DNA of 64,000 nt, taken from NCBI GenBank assembly GCA_965202615.1, contig OZ241837.1, positions 1,096,347 through 1,160,346 of the forward strand, read 5' to 3'. The stretch comes from Arenicellales bacterium. Lineage in GTDB: Bacteria > Pseudomonadota > Gammaproteobacteria > Arenicellales > JAJDZL01. This document shows, piece by piece, positions 9,931-18,894 of the stretch. The translations under genes and the position numbers were made by a program. The notes under the pieces were generated by a model. It searched no databases. It saw only the letters and a program-made list of their open reading frames with translations, and was not told where the DNA came from. How positions within the stretch are numbered: position 1 is the stretch's first letter; each line of letters starts with the position of its first letter.

Positions 9931-10466
9931 TCGATTCTATGATGAACCGCGCTTTGCAACTCATTCATATCTGTGGTGAGGGTAGTGTCCTCGAATTCGC
10001 CGATTTTTCTTGAGCACTCGAGATCAATTTCGCGTGGATAGACGGTAACCATTTTTCCGGGCGCCGGTGTGACAACCACGGGACGGGTATCGCATGCGTA
10101 CACAATAATCGGGATTTTGCATTTGCCGGCTTGTGCGAATATGTTGGTAACCAGCGTATCTGATATCCCGGCAACACATTTGGCAACCGTATTGGATGTT
10201 GCCGGCGCGAGCACCAGGGTATGGTAATTGTTTTCGTAGAATTGACCCACAGGCACAGCGCTGGCCGTGGAATCATGAAACATTCTTATGCCGGCATTGC
10301 GCAGGCGATCGATGTACTTGTACATCACCAGGACTTCCTCGACGGCGCGACTCAGGAACAAGTCAACCCCTTTGAGTTCCATGATAAAGTCAATACATTC
10401 CTCAAGATCATGTCCGGAGCCTGTAAGCCCCCAGGCAAATCTTGCAGTTTCGTACTGGCGAGCCAT
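9906..10466 (-). CDS. Flavoprotein of the AfpA/dihydromethanopterin-reductase-like family
   Basis: FAWGLTGSGH...LVLAPATSNTVAKCVAGISDTLVTN fits the Flavoprotein (PF02441-type) fold pattern. The stop overlaps the start of the DHPS-like gene by 25 nt. Confidence 0.6.
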   Translation of the reverse strand: MARQYETARFAWGLTGSGHDLEECIDFIMELKGVDLFLSRAVEEVLVMYKYIDRLRNAGIRMFHDSTASAVPVGQFYENNYHTLVLAPATSNTVAKCVAGISDTLVTNIFAQAGKCKIPIIVYACDTRPVVVTPAPGKMVTVYPREIDLECSRKIGEFEDTTLTTDMNELQSAVHHRIECLSESCS

Positions 10467-10494
10467 AATTCAGCTCAATATTTGGTGAATTTTT

Positions 10495-11898
10495 TCAGTT
10501 TTTGGTGTTTCTCCATGCGAGCTCTTCGCCAACGATTCGAATTTTCTCTCGCGCGATAGAAACAATATAGAAATCATTAGTATTGGATTCCGCAAATTTC
10601 AGTTGACTGAGCGCAATTTTGAGATCGCCAATTTGAAAATGATAGTCAGCATCCGACAGATAGCCGTCAGCAGCTGCACCGGCCTGGTTGGCAACCTGCG
10701 CATGGATTTTAAGAAGTTGGATATGCTCGGGGTTGCTTGAGAGATGTTTCCTGACGTAACGATAAGCCTGCTCGGCATTTCCCGATTGCAACAAAGCCTT
10801 GGCATAGAGTTCTATGACAGCCGGGTGTGGATCCTCGGCATTGGCTTTCGTTTCAAGCAAAGACAGGGTGGCAGACGTGTTGCCTGCAATCAATTCAAGT
10901 TCCGCTGCCGCCGTAACCACCCACAAATTGTCTGGCTGCTCAGACAGCAGTTGGTCAAAATGCTGCTTTGCCTCGTCAATTCTACCGTCTTTAGCGAGCG
11001 ATAGTGCGTATCCATAGCGATTCACCGACTGCTCGCTCTGGTTTTCGCTTGACAGTTTAATTTCGAAATAGGAATAGGTTTTATTGGGCTCCCAATCAAA
11101 CAAAACCTGGATTCTCGCTTTGAAATAATCAAATTCCGTACTCAGTTGCGGAAAAGTAAGATTGGAGTAGTGTCGTAGCCGAGCGTCAACACTGGCGACA
11201 CGTTCGGGAGTTACGGGGTGGGTATTGTGAATGTTCGTTTGCACCACTCCTGCTTCGCGAATTCTCTTTTCAAGAGCCAGCATCAAATTTTTCGCATACT
11301 TTGGATCATAGTCGGCATCTGCCATAATGCGCAAACCAACGTTGTCGGCTTCGCGCTCATAGCTGAGCGTATGGTCAATTACAGATTCAATTCTTGCCGC
11401 TTGTGCACCTGCAATCGCGGCAATTCCAGCATCTCCGCCGATTATGATTCCAGCCAAAACTGCCAACAGCGAGGGTGTCTGTGTAGCTTTATGTGCTTTC
11501 AATAGCCGTTTCAAATGGTCCTGCTTAAAATGCGCGATCTCGTGTGCCATGACCGACACCAGCTCGGCTTCGTTGTTGACAATATCGACCAATCCCGTAT
11601 TGATGAAAAACGTTGCGCCGGGAGCGGCGAATGCATTGGGTGCGGAGTCGAGGAGAACGAAATACCTCAGCGGGTCTTCGTCCAGATCGGCAGCTCTGGC
11701 AAGTTTTTTCGCCAGCTCAACAACGTACGTGTTAATCAATAAGTCATCGGAGAACTGTTTTGACCTGCGTACGATATTGATAAATTGGCGCGCTTGCCGT
11801 TGAAGAATTTTGGATTCCAGCGAATTTGCCGCAACTGCCAATGAATGCTGATCCATGGTTGGGGGCAAAAACGCGAAAATCGCGAATCCAAAAATCAA
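10495..11898 (-). CDS. bepA: M48-family Zn metalloprotease with C-terminal TPR repeats (BepA/YfgC-like)
   Basis: HEIAHFKQDH (HExxH) is followed by TPR-like repeats (AKALLQSGNAEQAYRYVRKHL...). A signal-peptide-like segment SLTLIFGFAIFAFLPP...SLAVAA is present. The start is uncertain: TTG at 11898 or ATG at 11856. The tracked ORF extension to 12165 runs into the IS inverted repeat and is an artefact. Confidence 0.75.
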   Translation of the reverse strand: MIFGFAIFAFLPPTMDQHSLAVAANSLESKILQRQARQFINIVRRSKQFSDDLLINTYVVELAKKLARAADLDEDPLRYFVLLDSAPNAFAAPGATFFINTGLVDIVNNEAELVSVMAHEIAHFKQDHLKRLLKAHKATQTPSLLAVLAGIIIGGDAGIAAIAGAQAARIESVIDHTLSYEREADNVGLRIMADADYDPKYAKNLMLALEKRIREAGVVQTNIHNTHPVTPERVASVDARLRHYSNLTFPQLSTEFDYFKARIQVLFDWEPNKTYSYFEIKLSSENQSEQSVNRYGYALSLAKDGRIDEAKQHFDQLLSEQPDNLWVVTAAAELELIAGNTSATLSLLETKANAEDPHPAVIELYAKALLQSGNAEQAYRYVRKHLSSNPEHIQLLKIHAQVANQAGAAADGYLSDADYHFQIGDLKIALSQLKFAESNTNDFYIVSIAREKIRIVGEELAWRNTKN

Positions 11899-12033
11899 CG
11901 TAAGTGATTTTGTTAATTTAGATTTAATTGTTCTGCTGGCTGAGCGCCTGGTGGTTACGTTGGAAATAGATTTGCAGTGGAATGCACGATGAAAGAGTAT
12001 TGAAATTTTAGCAACAACACACTCATCTTTATT

Positions 12034-12042
12034 CCAAATCTT
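12034..12042. repeat. Left target-site duplication of the IS (CCAAATCTT)
   Basis: An identical 9-mer is found immediately outside the right inverted repeat at 13477-13485. Confidence 0.85.
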
Positions 12043-13476
12043 GGGTGCGATTGAAAGTGATGCGTCAAATAAAATATAGGGAGCCATTTTTTGATTGATG
12101 CTGAGAGGAGATTGGATGAATTCATCGCATTCTGAGAGAGATGAGAAGTTGCTGAAGTTACTCAATATGAATCCCGAGTTGCGTGATTGTGTTGAAGAGA
12201 TGTTGCAGATTGCAGTAGATCAGGACGATACCATTGAGACTGCTGACGATGCGGAAGATCGGATAGTCGAGCGGGGTCGTGAACTGAGCAAGATGATGCT
12301 TGGAAGTTGGGCTGAGCAGCGGAGCCGTCATACGGAGGCGGTTATGGCAGCGGATCCGGAGTTGCGCCGTGCAGGAAAAAAAAACTCTGGTGGCGCAGCA
12401 CAGTCGGAGACATAGCAGTCGAAGAGAGGCTGTTTCGCAAGGGCAGCCGGCTGGTTCGCGGATTCTCAGAGCAGGCGAAGCTGTCGTGTCGCGGCATGTC
12501 GATGCGGTTGCAGCGAGCGGTCACGGATTTCGGTGCTGAATTGCCGTTCGCCCAGGCACAGCAGCGGTTATGGGATCATTACGGTGTTGAGGTGCCGGTC
12601 AGTGCGGTACGGGCGGTGACCGAGCGGCACGGCAAGGCGATGCATGAGCAGCAGGAGTTGGAGTGCGAATGGCCACAGTGCGACGGTGTCGATCAGGTGA
12701 TTGCGCAGACTGACGGGAGCATGGTTCCGGTGGTGGTTTCGGATTCGGAGGCATCCGACAAGCGCAAGGTCAAGTCATTGAGTTGGAAGGAGATTCGACT
12801 TGTGATTGCGCATGAGCACAAGCGCGTCCAGGTTCACTATGGCGGGAATTTCTCAGGCGGTGTCGAAGAGACCGGGCGGCAGTTGTATGATTGTGCCCGG
12901 CGCGCCGGTTTCGGCTGTCGGACGCAACTGCATGCGGTGGGCGACGGGGCCTCATGGATTTATAACCAAGTAGAAGATAAGTTTGGCAGCAATGGCAGCT
13001 ATCTGGTGGATTTCATGCACCTGTGCGAATATCTGTCAGATGCGGCACCGAGCTGTGCGCCGGATGCGGCGGCGGACTGGCTGTCGCAGCAGAAACAAAG
13101 ACTGAAGGACAATCAGGCGTTGCAGGTGGTTGAGGCGCTGATGGCACATGTCGAGGCGCCTTCGGTTGCCGAGGAGGATGCGCCGGTGCGAAGGGCTCAT
13201 CGGTATCTGCGCAATCGTCTGGATCAGGTGGACTACAAAGGCGCTGCTGAGAGGGAATTGCCAATCGGCTCCGGAGAGATCGAGAGTTCCCATCGCTATG
13301 TCGTTCAGGCCCGGCTCAAGCGGCCGGGAGCCTGGTGGAGTGGCAACAACATTGACAGCATGCTCTCGCTTCGGCTGTGCCGTGCCAACGATCAGTGGGA
13401 TGAATATTGGGCAGGTAGCAGACGGAAAGCTGCTTGACGAACTGATTCGATTTCCGCATCACTTTCAATCGCACCC
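12043..13476 (+). mobile_element. Complete insertion sequence (1434 bp), probably ISKra4-like
   Basis: It has perfect 22-bp terminal inverted repeats: GGGTGCGATTGAAAGTGATGCG at 12043-12064 and its reverse complement at 13455-13476. These are flanked by the 9-bp direct repeat CCAAATCTT (12034-12042 and 13477-13485). The interior encodes a DDE-type transposase. Confidence 0.9.
12116..13437 (+). CDS. IS transposase, split into two frames at an A9 tract (needs a -1 shift at 12376-12384)
   Basis: GAGGAG lies 6 nt upstream of the ATG at 12116. Frame A ends at 12415. The -1 frame is open from the A-run (…KKKLWWRSTVGDIAVEERLFRKG…) through 13437. The motifs QTDGSMVPV, GDGASWIYN and LPIGSGEIESSHRYVVQARLKRPGAWW resemble ISKra4-type transposases from memory. 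Confidence 0.75.
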
Positions 13477-13485
13477 CCAAATCTT
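13477..13485. repeat. Right target-site duplication of the IS (CCAAATCTT)
   Basis: An identical 9-mer is found immediately outside the left inverted repeat at 12034-12042. Confidence 0.85.
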
Positions 13486-13577
13486 TCTTATCGGTTGAAA
13501 GAAATGCGAATTCGGTAAAATGATTGCGACGGTGAATTTACCGGTTCGCGAATGTTGTCCTCATTCACTGATGTTCT

Positions 13578-13970
13578 ATGAAATTCAATCTTCTTGTCAA
13601 CGAAGGCCCGTTTACACACCAGGCCTCAGATACGGCTTACCAGTTTGCCAAGGCCGCACTGAATAGCGGCCATGAAGTCATACGGGTGTTTTTTTATCAC
13701 GATGGCGTGCACAATGCGACCTGCCTTAGCTCACCCCCGGTGGATGATCGTGACGTGATATCGCGTTGGGTGCGGCTTGCTGATGAACACGGCGTCGAAC
13801 TGACAATCTGTATCGCAGCGTCACTTCGGCGGGGTGTGCTGAATGAAGACTCTGCGCGTCTTGGCGACAAGAATATCGCAAATTTAGACGAACACTTCAA
13901 AGTTGCGGGATTCGGACACTTTATTGAGGGAGCGATAGTCGCCGATCGAACTTTGGTTTTTGGCGACTAG
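13578..13970 (+). CDS. tusD: Sulfurtransferase TusD / DsrE
   Basis: MKFNLLVNEGPFTHQASDTAYQFAKAAL..GHEV..VFFYHDGV.NA...ICIAASLRRGV parallels E. coli TusD (VFFYREGVYNA...ICVAAALRRGV). Confidence 0.85.
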   Translation: MKFNLLVNEGPFTHQASDTAYQFAKAALNSGHEVIRVFFYHDGVHNATCLSSPPVDDRDVISRWVRLADEHGVELTICIAASLRRGVLNEDSARLGDKNIANLDEHFKVAGFGHFIEGAIVADRTLVFGD

Positions 13971-13998
13971 ATCTGCACGATACTCGGGTACATGATCA

Positions 13999-14382
13999 AT
14001 GACCAAGCGGATTATGTTTGTCAATCGAAGAGCGCCTTATGGCACCGTGTATGGTTTGGAGGCACTCGATGCAATGCTTGCCGCATCGGCATTTGATCAG
14101 GATATATGTGCGGCGTTCGTGGACGACGGTGTGTTTCAGCTGAAACAGGATCAGAATCCTTCCGTTCTGGATATGAAACACTATACGAAAACTTTCGCAG
14201 TTCTACCTGATTTCGGAATAGATCATCTCTTTGTTGAAAAGGAATCAATGACTGATAGGGGAGTTTCCAAAGATGACTTGATTGAGGTGTTGCGCGACGA
14301 TGGAAGTGATGCTGTTTCGATCATTTCGGCAGATTCTCTTTCTGAAATCATGGAATCTCAGCATGTCGTATTGCAGTTTTAG
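13999..14382 (+). CDS. tusC: Sulfurtransferase TusC / DsrF
   Basis: It is the second gene of the tusDCB-type operon. Its size (127 aa) and the pattern RRAPYGT..GLEALDA.LA..AFDQD...F.DDGVFQL are typical of DsrF/TusC. Confidence 0.8.
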   Translation: MTKRIMFVNRRAPYGTVYGLEALDAMLAASAFDQDICAAFVDDGVFQLKQDQNPSVLDMKHYTKTFAVLPDFGIDHLFVEKESMTDRGVSKDDLIEVLRDDGSDAVSIISADSLSEIMESQHVVLQF

Positions 14383-14387
14383 TCAAA

Positions 14388-14690
14388 ATGTTGCATACCG
14401 TCAACAAGTCAATAACCGATAAGCCCAGTTTATTGAGTTGCCTGCGACTTGCCGCGGCTGGCAGTGATATTCTTTTGATTGAAGATGCGGTTTACTCTGC
14501 AGTCAGGGGAACAAAACATACTTCGACGTTGGAAAGCGCGCTGACCAGATATCGAATTTATGCACTTCAACCTGACCTTGAGTGCAGAGGCGTCAAAAAT
14601 GATCAACTGATTGCCGGAATCAAGACGGTTGACTACCAGGGGTTCGTAAAATTAGCCGTGGAAAACGAGACGGTTAACGCCTGGCTTTAG
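14388..14690 (+). CDS. tusB: Sulfurtransferase TusB / DsrH
   Basis: It is the third gene of the operon, 100 aa, with MLHTVNKS...LLIEDAVY typical of DsrH/TusB. Confidence 0.75.
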   Translation: MLHTVNKSITDKPSLLSCLRLAAAGSDILLIEDAVYSAVRGTKHTSTLESALTRYRIYALQPDLECRGVKNDQLIAGIKTVDYQGFVKLAVENETVNAWL

Positions 14691-14702
14691 AATGGGTCTG
14701 GA

Positions 14703-15038
14703 ATGATGTCGATTGAGTTTAACGGAAAAATTTACGAAACTGACACCGATGGATTTTTGCAGAATCCGGATGAATGGTCTGTTGAATTGGCGACGAAAAT
14801 GGCCGCTGACGATGACTGTGATTTAGGACCGGATCATTGGGAAGCCATTAATTTTCTCAGGGACTACTACGCAAATTACGCAATCGCCCCGCCTGTGCGT
14901 ATCCTCGTGCGCAACATGGGAAAACGTTTAGGCAAGGAGAAAGGGAACACTCCATACCTGTACGAACTGTTTCCGTTTGGCCCGGCCAAGCAAGCCTGCC
15001 GATACGCCGGGCTACCAAAGCCGACAGGCTGCATATAG
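14703..15038 (+). CDS. TusE/DsrC-family sulfur relay protein (two C-terminal cysteines, CX10C)
   Basis: ETDTDGFLQNPDEWS...HWEAINFLRDYY...LFPFGPAKQACRYAGLPKPTGCI matches the TusE/DsrC C-terminal arm. Both the penultimate-arm Cys and the terminal Cys are present. Confidence 0.85.
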   Translation: MMSIEFNGKIYETDTDGFLQNPDEWSVELATKMAADDDCDLGPDHWEAINFLRDYYANYAIAPPVRILVRNMGKRLGKEKGNTPYLYELFPFGPAKQACRYAGLPKPTGCI

Positions 15039-15120
15039 GCACAATGTGAATCGCACATTGCAGCCGAGGAGCCTGTTTGGGAGAATATTCTTTGCGATTC
15101 GTTCGTGACTTGCCAGGCAA

Positions 15121-15774
15121 TCAGTACGTGCTGGCATGCGATTCGTGACCGACTATCAGGACATCAGCGGGCCGTGCCGCGAAAATTCCGTTGCAGACCA
15201 CGCCAGCCAAGTCGTTGAGCGCTGATTCAACCCCAACAGCGTCAGTCAGGTCAAGATTTCTAACGTCAATGATGATATTGCCGTTATCGGTGGTAAATCT
15301 CGCTCTTAACTCCGGCAATCCGCCCAATTTGATGATTGCGCGGCTGACCAGACTCTGTGCAATGGGTATGACTTCGACGGCAACTGGAAAATTGCCAAGC
15401 ACGCTGGTCAATTTGGTTTCGTCAACAATACAGACAAATTTTTCGCTGGCCGCAGCGACGATTTTCTCGCGCGTCAGCGCGCCACCGCCGCCTTTGATCA
15501 GGTGCTTGTTGCGAGTTGCTTCGTCGGCGCCGTCTACATAGATGGGCAAAGAGCCTGTACGATTAAGATCATAAACCGGAATTCCGTGTCCGCGCAACTG
15601 GTCCTCTGTTGCTTTGGAACTTGCCACTGTTCCGTCAATTTTGCCTTTAATCTTCGGCAGCAAATCAATAAATGCGTTGGCCGTCGAACCGGTGCCTACC
15701 CCAACAATATCACCGAGGTCGATATAGTCGAGGGCCGCTTCAGCGGCATTTCTTTTCATTTGTTCGGCTTTCAT
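15121..15774 (-). CDS. rpiA: Ribose-5-phosphate isomerase A
   Basis: From the ATG at 15774: [34 protein letters not shown]...YVDGADE...[16 protein letters not shown] are the RpiA signatures. The upstream 37 codons of the tracked ORF are unlikely to be coding. Confidence 0.9.
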   Translation of the reverse strand: MKAEQMKRNAAEAALDYIDLGDIVGVGTGSTANAFIDLLPKIKGKIDGTVASSKATEDQLRGHGIPVYDLNRTGSLPIYVDGADEATRNKHLIKGGGGALTREKIVAAASEKFVCIVDETKLTSVLGNFPVAVEVIPIAQSLVSRAIIKLGGLPELRARFTTDNGNIIIDVRNLDLTDAVGVESALNDLAGVVCNGIFAARPADVLIVGHESHASTY

Positions 15775-16009
15775 CTTAGAACCTTTGTTTGCTTGGCAAA
15801 TATTACGCTCTCTTGTAACTGTGAATTTGTTCAATTTTGCAGACCGATCACTCACTAAATGTTCAGCAACCAATACTGTAACCAATGACGAGCATCAACC
15901 CCAGGTTTTGGATTAGAACGCTGTTTGACAAGTTTTGAAATTTGTTGAATCCTGCCTTTCTGGAACCTTCATGATGCACACCTTTAGCTTGTTCCTAATG
16001 CTTCGCGGC

Positions 16010-17668
16010 TCATGTGTTTTCTGTGATCTCAACTATTGTCAGTATGTGTTTGGCTCGCGAGCAGGCAACGTAGTTGAGTCGTCGTTCCCTGTCTTTGGTA
16101 TCGGCAATCGGGGCGGTTAGTATGATGACGGCATCGGCTTCGAGTCCCTTGAACCGGGCATGGGATTCGATCAGGATCCCCTGATTATTGCGCCAGGCAT
16201 CAAGATCGCCTACTACTGAGATTTTTTTGAATCGTGCAGGCCAGTCATTTACTGGATATCCAGGAACCAGTACTGCAATTTGTGAGGGTTTCAAGCCACC
16301 GCTTCTTGGATTGGACAGCTGATTGACAATTTCTGAGATTTTTTTGAATCCTTCCTTTCTGGAATTCACCTGATACACGTCAAGAGAGTGATTCCCACCG
16401 TCAGATTCACCGTCGATCAGCATTTCGCAGTACTCGGCAATTTGCAGAGAATTGCGACAATTTTTATGCAGCAGATAAGGGGCGCCAAGTTCACTCGGCA
16501 TCCTCAGACCTTCCTTGAGATACAGATTTTGGTTTGGGTCGAAAAAAACGTAGAAACAATTTTTATTCTGCGGATTCGCAAAGACTGAATCCAGACTATC
16601 CCACCACAAATCGCGAAAATCCTGCCCTTCATCCACAATCACCGCATCAAATCGAGACGAATCCGGCAAAAAATCACAGGCCTGCATCAGCAATTCGGGA
16701 GCTTGCTCATTCCAGAATTGCTGTCCGTTTTGAGCATTTTCCGGATTGAATTCAATGTGAGCTTGTTTGCAAAAATCATGCACCAATTCGTGATAGGTTT
16801 TTATCTTTAACTCATGGCCGAAGTCTGCTTTTGCTGTATGGTTGAGCCACTCCCGCAGCGGACGGTTGTAGCACAAAAAGAGTGTTCGCATTCCTGATTG
16901 TGCGGCTTGTTGGGCTTTGGCCAGAGCCAATAGAGTTTTGCCGGTTCCGGCACCGCCTTTAATGGAGGCAATGGTTTGATTTGACAAGTTGTCAAGCAGA
17001 TTCTTTTGTTCTTCTGTCAGCCGATGAAGTCTCTGTTCCTGTTCTTCAATAACTTTCCACAAGACCGGGACAATATCGAACTTAGGGAACAATGCCCATT
17101 CGATGTTACTGATTTCATCCTTGGTCAATTGCTTGGGGCTTCCTCTTTGAAACAGTTTAAATATCGTGGAGACTCGTTTGTCTACCCTGTCCAAATCGTT
17201 GGCATCCATAATTTGCGTTCGCGTAACGCTGGGTGGAACATGACCCTGAAACATCCCGTCTGGAAAAACAACTGCGTAGCCGTAAGTGCAATGCAATTTT
17301 TGAAGCTTGAGGCGCTCATTCAAATGTTTCACAATGTAGTACATGTTATCCTGTACTTGTTCGAACGGGTCTTTGTTCAGCGAAACTTTGGTCTTATAGG
17401 GTGACAATCGCCACCATTCCTTGGTCGCCGGATCAAAGCCCAGTATTCCACCCTTGACTTCAAGAAATAACAGACCGTAAAGCGGGTGGATGACAACGAG
17501 ATCACATTCGCCTTCCATTAAGGGACCTGAGCGTTTCCTGTTCACCCAGTTCAAACTGTGGATTACCGTAATTTGGTCGGAAAGTTGCACAGACAGGGCG
17601 ACGGCGACTTTACGCTCACTCGAATTTGCGATCTTTTCTGGATCGATTGAAGGGATGAATCTGGCCAT
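16010..17668 (-). CDS. NERD-domain protein fused to a UvrD/PcrA-like superfamily-1 helicase core
   Basis: The N-terminus SERKVAVAL...IHSLNW...ECDLVVIHPLYGLLFLEVKGG is a NERD-like PD-(D/E)xK pattern. Walker A is IKGGAGTGKTLLA and Walker B is AVIVDEGQDF. The C-terminus RFKGLEADAVIIL...YVACSRAKHILTIV is UvrD_C-like. Confidence 0.75.
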   Translation of the reverse strand: MARFIPSIDPEKIANSSERKVAVALSVQLSDQITVIHSLNWVNRKRSGPLMEGECDLVVIHPLYGLLFLEVKGGILGFDPATKEWWRLSPYKTKVSLNKDPFEQVQDNMYYIVKHLNERLKLQKLHCTYGYAVVFPDGMFQGHVPPSVTRTQIMDANDLDRVDKRVSTIFKLFQRGSPKQLTKDEISNIEWALFPKFDIVPVLWKVIEEQEQRLHRLTEEQKNLLDNLSNQTIASIKGGAGTGKTLLALAKAQQAAQSGMRTLFLCYNRPLREWLNHTAKADFGHELKIKTYHELVHDFCKQAHIEFNPENAQNGQQFWNEQAPELLMQACDFLPDSSRFDAVIVDEGQDFRDLWWDSLDSVFANPQNKNCFYVFFDPNQNLYLKEGLRMPSELGAPYLLHKNCRNSLQIAEYCEMLIDGESDGGNHSLDVYQVNSRKEGFKKISEIVNQLSNPRSGGLKPSQIAVLVPGYPVNDWPARFKKISVVGDLDAWRNNQGILIESHARFKGLEADAVIILTAPIADTKDRERRLNYVACSRAKHILTIVEITENT

Positions 17669-17909
17669 CTAACTGATCAAGTAGCGCAAAGAGAGCTGAA
17701 AGTTTTTTGTAAAGTTGTTGACTTCGGCTATGAACCCGGACTTGGCGGCACTGAGTCGAAGTCTATCGAGCGGAATTTGTCTATTTTAAGACTTTTGGAG
17801 CGATTCGGTTTTCCTAAAGGTTCCATCAAGTGCGCTTGCAGTTTAACGCAAAGAGCGAATCGACAAAGCCGACTTATACGTCACAATAGAATGAATCTGT
17901 CAGACTACT

Positions 17910-18812
17910 TCAGATCTCAATCGGTTTGGAGTATTGCGGCATTTTAACCCGGCGCGGGGTAAACTCGCCGCTGGCGACAACGCTCTCGACATGTGCTGCG
18001 ATGTTCTCCATCGAGGCGAACCAGACGTCACCATAGCTCAACACCTGTTCGAGAAATTCTGTCACGACAACCCATCTCGACAACCGTCCGGTTGCAAAAG
18101 GATGGAGAACCGGCACCCAAAGCCCGCCATGTCTGTAAGCCGCTTCGAACTCCTGTACAAATGCTTCCCATCCCGCCCGCGGGGCCCGAATTGGCATCAT
18201 GTAATCGAGGTCCAGCGAATGGACGTATGGCGGCCAGTCATCAAGACCCCAATGTGAGGGAATCTCGACCAAGCTGCCATTTTCCGCTTCGATCAGATAG
18301 GGGACATCGTCTCCCATCAGTGACGCATCATAGCGAAAACCGCGTTCTACCAGCATCTCGGCAGAGTGATTCGAGAAATTGTAAAGCGGTGCACGCCAGC
18401 CCCGAGGTTTTTGCCCGGTCATGCGTTCGATTACATCGATTGAGCGATCCATCCACTCAACCTGCTCCTCGCGTGTTTGCGCAACGGGATTCTCGTGCAG
18501 GTAACCATGGTGTCCGATCTCATGCCCGCCTTCCAATATGGTTTCGACTGCTTGCGGATAAGTTTCCATGCACCAGGCCGGGATGAAAAAAGTCTGTTGA
18601 ATGCCCAACTGGCGATAGGTTTCCACGATTCTGGGGACCGCAATATGTGGCCCGTACTGCAACATTGAAATACCTGAAGTACGCCGATGGCCATCTTTGG
18701 GGTGCTCAAGATGTATCAGGCTGTCAGCATCCATGTCGAAGGTGAGACAGCAAGCACATTTGGCGCCGTTGGGCCAGGGAACTGGGTTTTTGATCATCGA
18801 TTGCTCCGGCAC
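17910..18812 (-). CDS. Polysaccharide-deacetylase (NodB-fold) family hydrolase, PuuE/allantoinase-like
   Basis: WPNGAKCACCLTFDMDADS...TFFIPAWCMETYP..V..I.EGGHEIGHHGYLHE is the NodB-homology motif set. It lies next to a nucleoside/purine-type ABC transporter. Confidence 0.65.
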   Translation of the reverse strand: MPEQSMIKNPVPWPNGAKCACCLTFDMDADSLIHLEHPKDGHRRTSGISMLQYGPHIAVPRIVETYRQLGIQQTFFIPAWCMETYPQAVETILEGGHEIGHHGYLHENPVAQTREEQVEWMDRSIDVIERMTGQKPRGWRAPLYNFSNHSAEMLVERGFRYDASLMGDDVPYLIEAENGSLVEIPSHWGLDDWPPYVHSLDLDYMMPIRAPRAGWEAFVQEFEAAYRHGGLWVPVLHPFATGRLSRWVVVTEFLEQVLSYGDVWFASMENIAAHVESVVASGEFTPRRVKMPQYSKPIEI

Positions 18813-18894
18813 GCTCGCTAAGGCTCTGCTGTATGCTGATTCAACGCTAATTTGATACTATGCGAAATTGACGTTCGGACGCGCGAATCGGCAT

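Noticed and set aside
11899-12165. N-terminal extension of the tracked 556-aa ORF (10495-12165) for the M48 protease
   Set aside because: The extension runs through the 9-bp target duplication and into the left inverted repeat of the IS (12043-12064 and beyond). Its apparent start codon therefore lies in mobile-element DNA. It is an artefact of an open frame.
12300-12539. 79-aa ORF in the third frame inside the IS, bridging the two transposase segments
   Set aside because: The -1 frame that continues the catalytic ORF is already open from the A9 tract. This third-frame ORF is Arg/Ser-rich with no motif and is most simply an overlapping spurious frame.
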